A stretch of 63,932 nt of DNA, filler included, from Porpidia crustulata (GCA_964255105.1; 10 parts of 10 records of this genome joined end to end with filler, not necessarily neighbours in it); one strand, 5' to 3'. Numbered from the whole stretch's first letter, positions 1 through 12,739 are shown. Numbers and translations are program-made. The notes: generated by a model not told the origin, from the letters alone.

Positions 1-527
1 CAATGGGGGAATGATGTTTCCTTAGCATAACGGCCACAATTTTGTCATGTCCTCCGGGAAAAATTACCAACACGGGCGTATCGACACCGCCTTCGCGAGC
101 GAATCTCCAAAAAAAATCATGCAGATAATCTCTATTCATCGGTCTCAATACCGCCTTTCGAATTCGAATTCGATTTTGGATGACTTCCTTCCTGGCTGGC
201 TAGATTTATGTAGTTTGTGTAATTATCTCAAAAAAGTTGATATAGATCTTTTTGGGGGGGCCTTTGGTTGGGGTTTTAAAGGCTTAAAGGGAGTTTCTGT
301 GGAAATTGGGATCCTTAGTCTTTCACACGCAAGTGATTGCACGTTTATATAAAACCGGGTGGCGCACAAATATGTACAAAATCTCAATACCAACGTCTCG
401 GATTGTCGGTTGACCTCGCCGTAAAGCGTGCTGGTCCAATATCCGTTACATCCCAAGTCCTGCTTATCCAATACCTGTACAACCCAAAACGCCACCGAAT
501 AAAAATCCCGAACCCTCCCTACCCATC

Positions 528-2103
528 TCACCGCTTGACCTCGCGGATCTTCGTCGTCTCCGCCAGGATGGGAAACGCCTTGGCAAAAGCCGGGCCTAGG
601 CTCCAATTATTCAAGTCCCGCAGGTGTTGCTCAAACACCGGGTTGATGCTCAGCTCCTCGCTGCCAGGCACGCTCAACAAGCAATCACTCGCCTCGTACG
701 GCCAGTTCAAGCTCAGCGTCGTGGTGTAGGGGATGAAGAAGTTGTCAAAGTGGATCTTCGGGTACACCTGCACCATTTTGTCGCGCATGTGCGGCCAGGG
801 GAGATGATCGATCCAGGTCGGGTGCGGCGTGAACAGCTGGCTGGGGCGCGGCGTCACCCAGTGAGGCAGGCGGTCGTAGGTTTCCTGGGTGAGGGAGATT
901 TTCCAGCGCATGACGAGGAACATGACGTAGAGGACGGCGACTTGCTCGGGCAGGGTGCAGAGGTCGGGGAAGGTGCGAAGGATGTCGGTGAAGACTTTGC
1001 TGAGAGGGTGGGAGTAGATGCTGCGTTCAGGATTGAGAAGGGAGGAGACGGAGGGGTAGGCGGGGCCAACGAGTTTTTGCGGAGAGATGCCTTCGGCGGC
1101 GCGAGCTTGCTGTTCCGCGAGAAAATCGAGGAGGAGGCCATCAAGGGGGCAGGTGGCGCCGATATTGCGAACAGGAACTGCACAAGCAAGCATAGGAATT
1201 TCAAAATTGGAGGGACCTTGGCCGTTGGCGATTGGGGATTTGGTGGTGGTTTGAGGGGTAAGAAGAGAGTATTCTGACCGCTGTGAGCCTGCTCGAACGG
1301 TCATTCCATTTTGCTCAAACTCTGGTCGTCCCCCAAGCAAGAATCCGAGATCCAATTTCTCTCCTGACGTCCGAAGATCTAATCCGTGGGCGATGTTATT
1401 CCTCTGTCGGTCCAAAGCAGGTGTAAATGTAGCATGAGGACCATAGGTGACTGGACTCTGGCTTGTTGCGATCTGCTGCCGGCCATGGGGCGCGTTGATA
1501 CTGGTGGGTGATAATGAGGTACCGCTCCGTAGGGAAGTATTATCTGGGTACGACAAAGCCGAGGTCGGGATACTTCTGTGTTCACGCGATCCAGCCTCTT
1601 CTACGGGCGTTGAAAGATAACTTGGTTGCTGCCCAGCGTTGGGATCTTGGAGACTTTATTAGCCAAAGCCATTATACCGCTATTCCATTGGATGAAGCCT
1701 TACTTTGATTTTTATTTACCCCAAGTAACGGCTGTATAATATTAAGTATAGAAGTCAACCTCTTCTTGATATCCTCGTTTTCAGCTTCGACAGCTTCCTT
1801 CTGCTGAATCACATGTTGCAGATCCTGATATGGCTGTTGGGAGGTTAATTGCTGAATCTTCCTCTCCAAGGTCTCAATCTGCCCTTTCGTCCGCTCGCGA
1901 ATCGCCCTTTGAGCTTCTCGGTCATTTGCACGCTTTTTCGCCAATTGCTCCGGAGTAAGGTTCGCTACACCCCGCGATCCTGAAGCGGAGGTCCTCCGCT
2001 TCTTACTGGAGGAGCGGTGGTCATTGGTGGTTGAGTTGGCCGGAGAGGTGGCAGCAGTGCTTGTGGAAGGTGCTGAGTATTTGCCGTCCGGTCGGACATC
2101 CAT
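528..2103 (-). CDS. bZIP transcription factor with C-terminal DUF3425 domain (2 exons: 2103-1704, 1645-528)
   Basis: Basic region/zipper LAKKRANDREAQRAIRERTKGQIETLERKI; C-terminal PHPTWIDHLPWPHMRD...SLNWPY...NPVFEQHLRDLNNWSLG typical of DUF3425. A 58-nt GTAAGG..GCTAAT..AAG intron (1703-1646) joins the two ORFs in frame. Confidence 0.88.
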
Positions 2104-2519
2104 CGACTTACAAAGCTTCTGCTGACCTACCTATCGAGCTGATTGACTGATTGACTGACTAGCAGGGTTCGCCAATAGATGCAGCAATCCGTAGAGTTAT
2201 TGTCAGTAGACCATCCTGCTGGATCTCGTTACGAGTCATGAACCCGCTAACGGCGCGCTTAGCCAATTCCTCCACGATTTCTACCATTCATCACGTTTAC
2301 TTGTGCAAGTATATTCAGAGACAAACTTTGTACAACTCATGTTCCACGCCCCTACATACACCTACATCTACTTTCCAACGTAGTGATTCATTCATCCTCC
2401 CGGTCGAGTTGCAAAGCCCACACTTCAGCAACGACCAAACTTTGGGCAAGAACATCACGAGATATACACCAATATCTTGGAACTCCGTCGCTATGCACAA
2501 CTCACGATCTTTTTGAAAT

Positions 2520-3662
2520 CTATTCAATCAAGTGGTTCATCTTCGTGATCTGATACATATTAGCTGCTGCTTCCACTTTTCCAGCTTCGTGAGATAACCT
2601 TACCTTGGTCCTCAGATAGCCCTCAATCTCTTCGCTATGAATACCTCTTTTTCCGCCCGTTTTCCAAGCCAAGGGAATCATGGCAACTCTTTGCTCAACT
2701 ACAACCTCACGGTTCGGACCTTCAACAGCCCGAACTTTATCCGGATTGTTAGTCAGCAGCTTAATGCCAGCATCACCTCCGAAACCAAGATCCATCAACA
2801 TTGCCGTGGCCAGACCGTAACTTCTTGCATCTGCCGGATGTCGTAAGAGCAGGTTCGCCTCTACCGTATCTGAACCCAGATCTTGTAGATTATACGCTTT
2901 GAGCTTCTCCCCAAGGCCAATCCCCCGACCTTCCTGCCGTAGATATATGATAACACCACCTGTAGAAGATGGAAGGGACATTAATCTAGCCGCCTCGTCT
3001 AGTTGTTCTCCACAGTCGCACCTGGCAGACCATGCCGTTTCCCCTGTATAACATTCAGAGTGTATGCGAACCAGTGGCGCAGTAGGCATTGAATTTTCCA
3101 CGGATGGCGAGGACGTGGGTGCAGATGTCGGTCCCTTGCCTGTGGAGCCCGAATATTGAGGATCAAGACGACTTGAAGTCCTTCCCGGATGCAGTCTACC
3201 AGTGTAGGCGCCCCTTATCATACGGTCAAGTTCTGACTCTCCGAGCCGTGGCGCATCCAGAGATTTCGAGCGGATGTCGGAGCCAAACACAATGGCAAGG
3301 TGCTCTTTGTCATCGACATTGTTCTGATAGAGGTGAAGAAACATTTCTGCACCTGTAACGGTGGGAATTCGCGCGCGCACTACGCAGCTGACGATTGGAA
3401 GTTTCTCGAGAAGTTTGGGAGGCCTTTGGCTTGTTGTGTCTATCGGTATCGCTTTGGGCTCTCTTTGTAGCCCGGGGGTACCGGTTCCAGGCGTGGATGG
3501 CGGTGTGAAGGCGGGACTAAGCAGAGTGGATGGTGGGGGGGAGTCCGATCTGCCATTATCGAGTTCATATTTAGGAATGTCCTTGAGGAATTCGGGTCTC
3601 GAAGGATATACTGGCGATGCGTGGGAGGGCAGGTCTCTCATTGCATAGGTCGAAACAGGCAT
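2520..3662 (-). CDS. RIB1: GTP cyclohydrolase II (riboflavin biosynthesis)
   Basis: Motifs [53 protein letters not shown]. First ATG at 3662; 54-nt in-frame intron 2603-2550 (GTAAGG..GCTAAT..CAG). Confidence 0.95.
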   Translation of the reverse strand: MPVSTYAMRDLPSHASPVYPSRPEFLKDIPKYELDNGRSDSPPPSTLLSPAFTPPSTPGTGTPGLQREPKAIPIDTTSQRPPKLLEKLPIVSCVVRARIPTVTGAEMFLHLYQNNVDDKEHLAIVFGSDIRSKSLDAPRLGESELDRMIRGAYTGRLHPGRTSSRLDPQYSGSTGKGPTSAPTSSPSVENSMPTAPLVRIHSECYTGETAWSARCDCGEQLDEAARLMSLPSSTGGVIIYLRQEGRGIGLGEKLKAYNLQDLGSDTVEANLLLRHPADARSYGLATAMLMDLGFGGDAGIKLLTNNPDKVRAVEGPNREVVVEQRVAMIPLAWKTGGKRGIHSEEIEGYLRTKVRLSHEAGKVEAAANMYQITKMNHLIE

Positions 3663-4912
3663 GACATGTTTCGCGAATGGGAGAAGTGTCCTCGGCAATT
3701 TATTTTTTGGGTGACGGTTGATGGATGACAAAAGTGAGGTGAGCCCCGAGACTTAGGTTGGTGGGTTGTCCGAGAACCGCTTATCGGACATTCGGATCTT
3801 CTCTCACGTTGGTCCATTCACCCTTACGAACACATTGGGAGTGTAGGTTTCATTCGGCAGTAATGTAGAGACTGCGGAGCCATTGATAGATCTTCCGAGA
3901 CGTTCCTTATTACGACGTCCCTCATCAACATTGGCGCGTCTGGCTAGTGTTTGCATTGGGAAGAACAACTACTAGGGACACATCCCAAGGAACAAACGGA
4001 ATGACAGTCGAGTCATCCTCCGTCCGAGTCTATGAGTGTTTCTCGTTGTAGACGATATCACTGAGATCCCCATCTCAACTATCTCATTCTCTCCGCGTTC
4101 TTACTCCAAACACTTCTCATCACCCTACTTGCTCAATACCCTGCTCAGAACGCCGCATGCTCAAAGCATCGTCATTCGACAACTTCGGCCTGTGTAAGGT
4201 ACCTAGTCCACCTGCCAAACCCCTACAGAGTCACCTTTTCGAATATGCCGAATAGCCGTCTACTATGTATCATCCAACTACCTTAACCTTCAAGACCTTC
4301 AACCATCAAGCCCGCTATCATAGCGCAGGGTCCGATTAGCAATTTTAATTGACGGCTGCCAAGCCCTTGGGCAGAGGGGCGTAGGGGCGAAAGGGGCTCG
4401 ACCGACGAAGCTTATTGATCTTTACCAATCCTCCACACTCAGCATCAAATCTCAAAGTTGAATAAGCCATGTCAAGGATCCATGAGGACCGGATGGTGGC
4501 ACAGTGGCAAACAGTGGCAAAAGGTGGTCAGATGCGTAGAAATCTTCCTCTGCTGTAATGCTTCATACTTGACCAAACGCGCGATGATAGATTTTCGATC
4601 ATGCTGGACTGTCAATGCTGCAGGGACTTCTGCAACACGCCGTGGTGCATGGATGCGTTCTAGGAATCTTTTGGAAGCACCTAGTAATGAATCACGTTGG
4701 GCGATTGATGGAATTTGAGTTGCTAAGGATGTACACCTGGTGGCAGGAGGGCCAGAACAGTCGGAAAGATGCTTGATAATATGTCCAAGACTGTTGCTCA
4801 TTGCCTGCCTTCATAATTGAACCCATCTCCCTCCCTTTCCGTTCTCATCGCTCTCTTCTCAAGTTACTACCTGAAAATCAGTGTCTATAGAAATCTTCCA
4901 AGTCTTGACCAA

Positions 4913-6313
4913 ATGGCACCAACAGCACGTTATGGGTCGGCTGATGTCGATGCCTCACCACTCGGGCAACCTCTCCAGTTTGAATTCAGCGGATTGAAGA
5001 CTCCTAACAGATTGTGACTTTCCATCGTTGAGTCCGAGCCCGGATTGCACTATAGCTAACAAGGCGCAAGTTTCAAGGCTGCAATGACAGAGCGGCTGTG
5101 CTCCTGGGATCCCAACAATTTCGAAGCCCGTGGCATACCATCGAAGAACCTGATCAACGTCTACAAGCGATGGGGCGAAGGACAACTCGGCACCATTTGC
5201 ACAGGGAACATCATGATAGATTATAACCAGCTTGAGGCCAAGGGAAACGCAATCATCCCCGCCGAGTCCAAATTCGAGGGTGAGCGCTTCGAGGCATTCA
5301 AAGCCTTGGCAGCCCAATGCAAGGAAAATGGGAGTCTATTAGTCGGCCAAGTTTGCCACCCAGGACGACAGGTTTCGTCGGAGATCAACGACAAGCCCGT
5401 CTCGGCAAGCGATGTTCAGCTGAAAGGAAGCGTCATGGGAATGACATTCTCCAAACCGCGTGCCGCGACAACAGAGGACATTCAGAAAATCATCAACAGT
5501 TTTGCCCACGCTGCCGAATATCTACACAAAGCTGGCTTCGACGGGATCGAGCTTCACGCCGCCCACGGCTACCTCCTCTCCCAATTCCTTGCCTCAAACA
5601 CAAACAAACGCACCGACAAATACGGCGGCAATCTCGAAAACCGCTCCCGCATCATCATGGAAATCGCCGACGAAATCCAAACCCGCGTCCCCAAATCCTT
5701 CATCATCGGCATCAAAATCAACAGCGTCGAATTCCAAGACCAAGGTTTCGAATCCATCGAAAGCCGAGACCTCTGCGCCACCCTCGAAGCCCGCCACTTC
5801 GACTTCGTCGAACTGAGCGGCGGCACCTACGAAGAACTCGCCTTTACCCACAAACGCGACAGCACCAAGAAACGCGAAGCCTTCTTCCTTGAATTCGCCG
5901 AAACCATCGTGCCCGCCCTCCACCAAACCAAAGTCTACATCACCGGCGGCTTCAAGACCGTCGGCGCCATGGTCAACGCGCTCAAGACCGTCGATGGCGT
6001 CGGGCTCGCGCGGCCCGTGTGCCAGGAGCCCCGGTTCTGCGCGGACGTGCTGGGTGGCAAGGTCAAGGGCGCCATCAAGCAGCGGTTCGACGAGAATGAT
6101 TTCGGTCTCACCAACATGGTGGCGGGGACGCAGATGCGGATGATCGGGAAGGATCAGGAGCCGTTGGATATGAGTCGGGAGGAGTTTGAGAAGGCGTTTT
6201 ATAAGGACATGGGTACTTGGAGCGAGTTGATGGGGGGGGACCAGGGTATTTACGCATATGGGTATATTGATATCGAGAGCGTGAAGGCGAATCCGTATGG
6301 GGTTGTTTATTGA
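4913..6313 (+). CDS. NADH:flavin oxidoreductase / old yellow enzyme family (exons 4913-5013, 5071-6313)
   Basis: NRFFKAAMTE after splicing; GQVCHPGRQ, GFDGIELHAAHGYLLSQFL, RTDKYGGNLENR, DFVELSGG. Intron GTGACT..GCTAAC..AAG restores the frame. Confidence 0.92.
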
Positions 6314-6320
6314 ACGCGGA

Positions 6321-6420
6321 NNNNNNNNNNNNNNNNNNNNNNNNNNNNNNNNNNNNNNNNNNNNTTAATTAATTAANNNNNNNNNNNNNNNNNNNNNNNN
6401 NNNNNNNNNNNNNNNNNNNN
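6321..6420. other. Artificial contig-joining spacer (N44-TTAATTAATTAA-N44); also at 12740-12839, 19148-19247, 25552-25651, 31956-32055, 38359-38458, 44760-44859, 51156-51255, 57547-57646
   Basis: Nine identical 100-nt spacers; TTAATTAATTAA places stop codons in all six frames. Confidence 0.98.
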
Positions 6421-6429
6421 CCCCCAAAC

Positions 6430-7911
6430 TCAACCAATCGGCCCATTCGGATGCAACAAAACCTTCGTATACCCATCCACCCTCTTATCAAACTTCTCAT
6501 ACGCCTCAGGCGCCTCCTCAATCCCGACATCATGACTAACCACAAAGCTCGGGTCCGCACGACCGCTGATGATGAGGTCTCGTAGGTAGCGGTTGTATTT
6601 CTTAACGTTGCATTGGCCCGTGCCGATCGTGAGGCCCTGGTTGTTGTGGATTAGGTGTTAGCGGACTGGGTGGGTTTTGGGGGCATTGGAAGAGAGAGGT
6701 AGGCTGGGGAGAGGTACCTTTTCGAAGAGTTTGCCGAAACTCATCGCTAGCATCCCTTTGCCGCTTTTTTCGTCGGGCGCGCCGGGGTCACTGGGGACGT
6801 AAAGCCCAGGGACGCCAATACCACCTGTGGGTCTCGTGACGCGGATGCAGCTTTCGAGCACCACGTTCGGGACCTCGCCCTCATGTTCACCCTTACTCAT
6901 CCCGCTCGCCTGGTATCCGACCGCGTCAACGCTCCTATCCACCATCTTACCATCATTCTGCTTTATGATGATATCAACCGCGTCTTCACCCTTGCTGAAA
7001 TCCACCGGCACACACCCAGGGATCTTTTTTGCTGCGGTGAGCCGTTCGGGAACGCGATCAACGACGAAGATTTTGGAAGCTCCCCGCAGAGAGGCGGAAT
7101 AGGCGGCCATGAGGCCGACGGGGCCGGCGCCAAAGACGGCAATAGTTTCGCCGGGTTGAAAATTGGAGAGGGTGACACCGTGCCAGCCAGTGGGAAAGAT
7201 GTCGGCGAGGAGGGCGAAGGAGGATTCGTGTTGTGTACCCGCAGGGAGGGGGAGAGCGTTGAAGTCGGCGAAGGGGACACGGAGGTATTGTGCCTGGGTG
7301 TAGTGGGCGGTTAGTTATGCGATTGGTAAGGGTAGGGTATTGTGTGAGGAAAGTAGATGAATACCTGGCCACCTTGGTAAGGACCCATTGCAACATAGCC
7401 GAATGCCCCACCTGCAAAGCCGGGGTTCACGCCTGTGCAGAACGCGGTCTTACCTTCTTCACAGTTGAGGCAGCGGCCATCAGCTACGTTGAAGGGGAGC
7501 ACAACTCTGTCGCCTTTCTTGAGGAGGGTGACGCCACTGCCGACTTCCTCAATAATGCCCATATTCTCGTGGCCTGCATGTCCGTAGTGGTCAGTCAATG
7601 GCACAGAAGGTGAGAGACGAGATCATGGTCTGCACGGGTGGAATGGTCGTGGCTGAGGTCGTACCAAAGATCAGGCCTCCCTCAGCTGCCGTACGTCCTT
7701 GGTACATGTGTAGGTCGGAGCCGCAGATCGCTAGGAGGTCTGTCAATATGCTTCCTTTGCTTGGCTCTATCCAGTGCATACCAGCGGTAGTGACCTTGAG
7801 TATAGCATCGTCCGGATGCTCAATCTTCGGTATAGGGACATCTTTCACGGTGACTTGGAAGGGCTTTACGTAGTGGACCGCCTTCATGGTGGTAGTAGTG
7901 GTAGCAGACAT
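6430..7911 (-). CDS. Zn-dependent medium-chain dehydrogenase, glutathione-independent formaldehyde dehydrogenase-like (multi-exon)
   Basis: AICGSDLHMYQGRT, GHENMG, FNVADGRCLNCEEGKTAFC, LADIFPTGW, GAGPVG, VDAVGYQA. The last exon GLTIGTGQCNVKKYNRYLRDLII...YTKVLLHP ends at TGA 6432-6430; several GT-AG introns. Confidence 0.9.
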
Positions 7912-8934
7912 GATGTGTATAGAGCCGTTTGAAATGTGCTGAGCACTTGCTGGTATCCCCAAGATGGGGCTCTCTTTTCAATGTTCGCCGCAATGATCTT
8001 CTGGCCAGAGTCCATCTCCACCCCCATGTACACCACAACAAACAATGCGGGGCGGATCCGCGGGGTAAAGCTCGACCCATGACGTACCGGATCCCAACTG
8101 CGTTCATCCGAGAGCTAAAGGTCACTTCGCCAGGAACGAGCACGTCTAGTGAGTTCCGATCTTCAACGCACACCCGAGAAAGCGTTACTCAACAAGTCCA
8201 CAGATTGCGATTCTTTGATCATGGGTGTTCCCTCTATGGTTTTCCTTGCTTACAGGCTTTGGCCTCATAGGTTCCTCGGTCTACCTCTCTGTCAGCTTGC
8301 TAACCAATACCGCAGTACCATAGCTGCACTTCGGTTGCCATAATACAAATGGGATCATCAGAAGACCAGATCTGCAAGGCAGGACGTGCAGAGATCTGTC
8401 TACTGTGTCGATAAATCAAGTCATACAAGTAAAATATCACATTTGCGGGAGGACTTATTCGAGCATCTTCGATTCATTTATAAGCTGGAAGATACACCGA
8501 GTATCACTGCTAATATAAATCTCTTCTATGGACAAGGCTAAATCGATAGCTGCTAGAGATAACCGGTCCAGAAAAAGACGCCTGGGTGAATAATGCTGTG
8601 CCGGTGCCGGGGATACATGACGGTGAATCTTGAAGTCGTGATGGGTTCGTGATAAATAAAGGGGCCGCGCATCGATTGCAATGGGTATGGTGTGAGACGC
8701 TGGATTGGTGTGCTGGCAAAGTAGACGTTAAAGGGTATTGGTCGGGGTTTGGGGTTGAAAGCAACGAAAGGCCGAGATGTCCTTGGGATGGACTGCGAAG
8801 CCGTGCTGGGGCGGTCAAGAGGGTTCGCTGGAGACCTCGAGCGTTGACCATGCGCATTGCAGGGCTTTGCCAGTATGTTCGATCACTGTCGAGTACAGCA
8901 GTTGGCCGAGTGGATTCTCTTAAGACACACTTCA

Positions 8935-10894
8935 TTACATGTCCATGGAGTCACCGCCATTCGCGAAATTGAACCCTCCTTGTTGCTGCTGTTGTTGCTG
9001 ACCAAATCCGAAGCCACCCTCGCCTGGTTGGTTTGCATTCATGTCCACACCAGCTTCATCTTCGTCGGAGAAGTATTTTCCGATGATGTTGAAAGCTTTC
9101 ATGTAGATTTCCTCATTGATGTTGTTTTGACAATCGTGTATCTTCTCCATTCCTCCCGCTTCTTCAATGTAAAGTGCAAATTTGTTCACGTTCTGGTCGG
9201 CTGCTACCTCCGAGGCTTCCTTGTCCATATCTCCGACCTTGAGAATGTTCTCCAATCCGTCAAGAGCAACTTGTATGATCTTATTGTCGGGACAAATCAG
9301 AAGGTCACACAAAGGCTTGATGCAACCTTGTTGAACTAGGTAGCGAATTTGATCTGGTTTCTGAAGACCACCGGAAGTTGCATTAGAGATTGCCCAACAT
9401 GCTTCTTTTCGGGTCTTGAAGTCGCCATTGGACAATAAATTGATCAATGGAGGAATAATGTTTGCATCAATCACTGCTTGAATCTGATTTGAGTTGCCTG
9501 CAGTCACGTTGGAAATCGTCCAACATGCTTCTTTCCGAATGCCATCCTTGCTGGAGCCAAGAAGCGATAATAGAGCTGGTAGTGCGCCAGAATTGATGAT
9601 TATTTGAGTTTGTACGTCGTCTCCAGTCACAATGTTGCCAACAGACCTCAAAGCAGGTGTCTGTACTGACGTCGAGGAATGCATAAGCAGCTCCACCAAG
9701 CGACGTGGTATGCCTGCTTCGATGACCGCCTGAATCTTGTCATTAGCGCCATCAGAAAGGTATGAGATAGCCCAGCAAGCATCGATGAGAACTTCATCAT
9801 CAAGAGAGTATACAAGTTTGGCAAGTACTGGGAGTGCGGGAAGAATCTGCTGCAGAACTTAGCACATCCAAATGTAAGATCGTTGGAAGAGAATCTTACT
9901 GCTTGCCACTCGGGTTGCGGAGTTTTTCCGCGACAGAAATTGCTCAGTGTCCAAGTAGCATTTCGGAGCATACTCAGCTTACGGCTATCTCCTAGAAGCG
10001 CAAGTAGAGGTCGTAGTGCACCAGCTTGCAACACAAAATCCCGGCAATGCGGGCTGTCACCTGCAATATTACCCAATGCCCATACCGCTTGCTCTCTAAC
10101 ATCCGGCTCATGGCTGCTGAGAAGCTCAACAAAGATAGGCACAGCTCCAGCATTTATAACCACTTGTGTTTGCTGTGCTGAACCAGACGCGATGTTGGTC
10201 AACGCCCAGGCTGCCTCAAATTGAACCAAGGTATGCGGCGAACGGAGAAATTCCACAAATCGGCTGACAACTCCAGTCTCAATGACTTTTTCAATGGGCG
10301 GATTCCGTTCCTTGGACAACAATTTCCTGAATTTCGTCGTAGCCTGAATCTGGGCATCGATTTCGTTCGAGAACACCCCTTCCACCATCTGCGGGAGTTC
10401 AGTGTTGAGCTAGTACGGAGCGGTAGGGTTAGCTAATTCGTCATATTCTTTTGCGTACAAATAGCGCAGCTATATACTCGCACTGCACGAGTCGGATGCA
10501 ATTTTTGGACAGCAACACCTTAAGATAAGCGCAAGAGAGTAGACTACTTAGTGTAAGGCCAAAGGGAAATGCAATAATGGTAACATTTATCTCTTCAATG
10601 GACATGATCGTTAAGAAGGAAATTGAAGGAACAGTATCAAGGACGAACCTGACTCTCAATTGTACCACCCTCGTCATCACTATCCACAGAAGCTCCCAAG
10701 GAAGCACCAGGCGCGGAACTGGGTGCTCCATCTCTACCAGCTATACCTCTTCTCTTTGCTAAGTTCTCTTCTCGCTTTGCCTTGCGAATCTCTACCTGTT
10801 GCTCTTCACGACGGCGGCGGAGTTCATCCGGCTTGAATGTATTTTTCGCCTTGAATTGGGTGCGACGATGCTCTGGGATATAGCGTTCCGACAT
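8935..10894 (-). CDS. SRP1: Importin subunit alpha / karyopherin alpha (exons 10894-10649, 10409-9900, 9846-8935)
   Basis: IBB domain [29 protein letters not shown] repeats [36 protein letters not shown]; two canonical introns. Confidence 0.97.
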
Positions 10895-11358
10895 GTTGAA
10901 GGGCTATTGGAGATGTCACACTGAGTTCCACGGCTTCTTATGCCGCACTTATAGCCCGTAGTGATGATTGCTGTGTTGGAGGGGTGTTACGTTGAGAACT
11001 GTCGAAGACTAGAATCAGATCTGGCGGCTGTTAGCGTGGTTGATAGTCCCTCTTCAAGCGAGCCAGGCACGTGATCACGCGACGGATACCGTACCTACTC
11101 CCAAGTATTCGGAGGCATGTCGCTGTTCACTTAGCACTGTTCTTGGTTTCTAAAAACCATATTTGTTGAGCCCGAATGTCATCTCATCCACATATGATGC
11201 AGGTGGCGATCAAGATCCGAGCTGTTTTTGCGACTTTTGCAATTTAATTTTGTATACTTCGTTGTCGCGTCGTGCGTTCTACTCCCCAATTTATACTGAA
11301 GTCTATCCTTGGGTCTCTGAGTGGGCTTATTGAGGTTCCCTATATCTTTCTGTAAAAA
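10895..11358. promoter_or_regulatory. Compact divergent promoter between importin-alpha and POT1
   Basis: 464 nt between head-to-head ATGs; contains CACGTG E-box followed by ATCACGCG (~11068-11081). Confidence 0.45.
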
Positions 11359-12739
11359 ATGTCTATAGCAGTACCCTCCGGTTTTATTGATCTCTCCACT
11401 GCTTCAAGTCAGCCCAATACAGAAGTCAGCATTATAGGAGTGATAACCGATGTCCTGCCAGCAACCAAGTCAAGAGGTACGGATTGGATTTCCACTTTCT
11501 CGCTTGCCGATCCTACGTATGGGGGCGATCATGACTTGGGGCTCAAGATTCGTTTCTTTAAACCCATGGAAAGCGACCTGCCCAAAATTCAAGGCACCGG
11601 AGATGTTGCTGTACTAAAAGGAATCAAGATCACTCAGTGGCAAGGTATGACCATGGGTATATCTAGCCGAAATAGTACCTGGACCGTTTTCCCGGCCGGC
11701 TCGATACCAGCGAAGGCTCCTTCGAACAACACCAGCCTCAAGCACATCAAAGAGGTGCGTGCATCTGTACCGACGACGGAAATGATGCTATACGCCATAT
11801 CGCTCTGTAACACTCGTGATCGAAACTCGTTCACTACGATGACCAATGTATCAGAATCAAAACCGCCGTCTCAAGGACCATCATCAACGCCTTCACTAGC
11901 CAAGCCCAATGGCACTGTATCAAATCCACGTGGAAGTCAAGATAAATTTGCTCTTATCAAAGACGTAGCGACAGATAAGTTCTACGATTTTGTTGGCCAG
12001 GTAGTGAAGATTTTCCCCAGCAACGGATGCGTAGAGCTCTCCATTACAGACTACACTTCCAATAATCTGCTGTACAATTACGCATGGGGCGACGGTGACG
12101 ATGGCGGGCAAGCTCTGGATGGGGATGAATATGGCTATACTCGTCGAACATCTTCAAGCAGGAAATGGCCCGGTCCCTTTGGAAAAATGACTTTATTGGT
12201 CAGTCTTTGGCCTCCTCATTCATACTTTGCTCAAAGCAACGTCAAAGAGCTTGACTTCGTTTTCCTCCGGAATGTGCGAATCAAGTATAGTAGAGACCTC
12301 AAGATGGAAGGGGCTTTACATTCTGATAGAATGTGGCCTGATCGTGTCGACGTGACAATACTGAAAGACAACAAGGACGATGATAGGGTAAAAAACGTTC
12401 TGCGGCGGAAGTTGGAGTACACGAAAAGATTCAAAGCACAGAGCCAGGCACTCATTGAGGACGTCAGAGGCCAGAAACGGAAACCCGCCGAGGACGAAAA
12501 ACCATTATCAAAGGCCCAGGCCAAGAAGAAGCGGAAATTAGAGAGGGAAAAAGTTGCACAAGCTCAACGTCAGGAAAATCGACCACAAGGCAAAGAAAAC
12601 GGCAGCACCAAAGTCAAGCACATCGAAAAGGAAACAACTAAGCACCAAGCCCCCAATGCATCTCCACCACCAATAAAACCACCAAAACTAGATCTAAACA
12701 AAAACGGCAAGCCGAACTCTCTCCCCCAAAGCCCTCACA
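11359..12739 (+). CDS. POT1: Protection of telomeres 1 (OB-fold telomere end-binding protein), 3'-truncated by contig end
   Basis: OB1: VSIIGVITDVLP..KSRGTDW..F.LAD, RFF....LP.I...GDV..L. OB2: LIKDV..DKFYDFVGQVVK, TDYTSN, WPGPFGKMTL.V.LW.PH, FLRNVRIK. Basic NLS-like GQKRK...KKKRK. Confidence 0.85.

Noticed and set aside
1..340. ORFs at the window start
   Set aside because: Homopolymer-rich, low-quality-looking contig end with no protein motifs.
624..1277. Long antisense or alternative-frame ORFs over GC-rich genes (also 5317-5892, 24860-25453, 32773-33132)
   Set aside because: These are shadow ORFs expected from high third-position GC; their translations are low-complexity.
6365..6376. Regularly spaced TTAATTAATTAA as a biological periodic repeat or CRISPR-like array
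   Set aside because: It is embedded in Ns and is an assembly linker.
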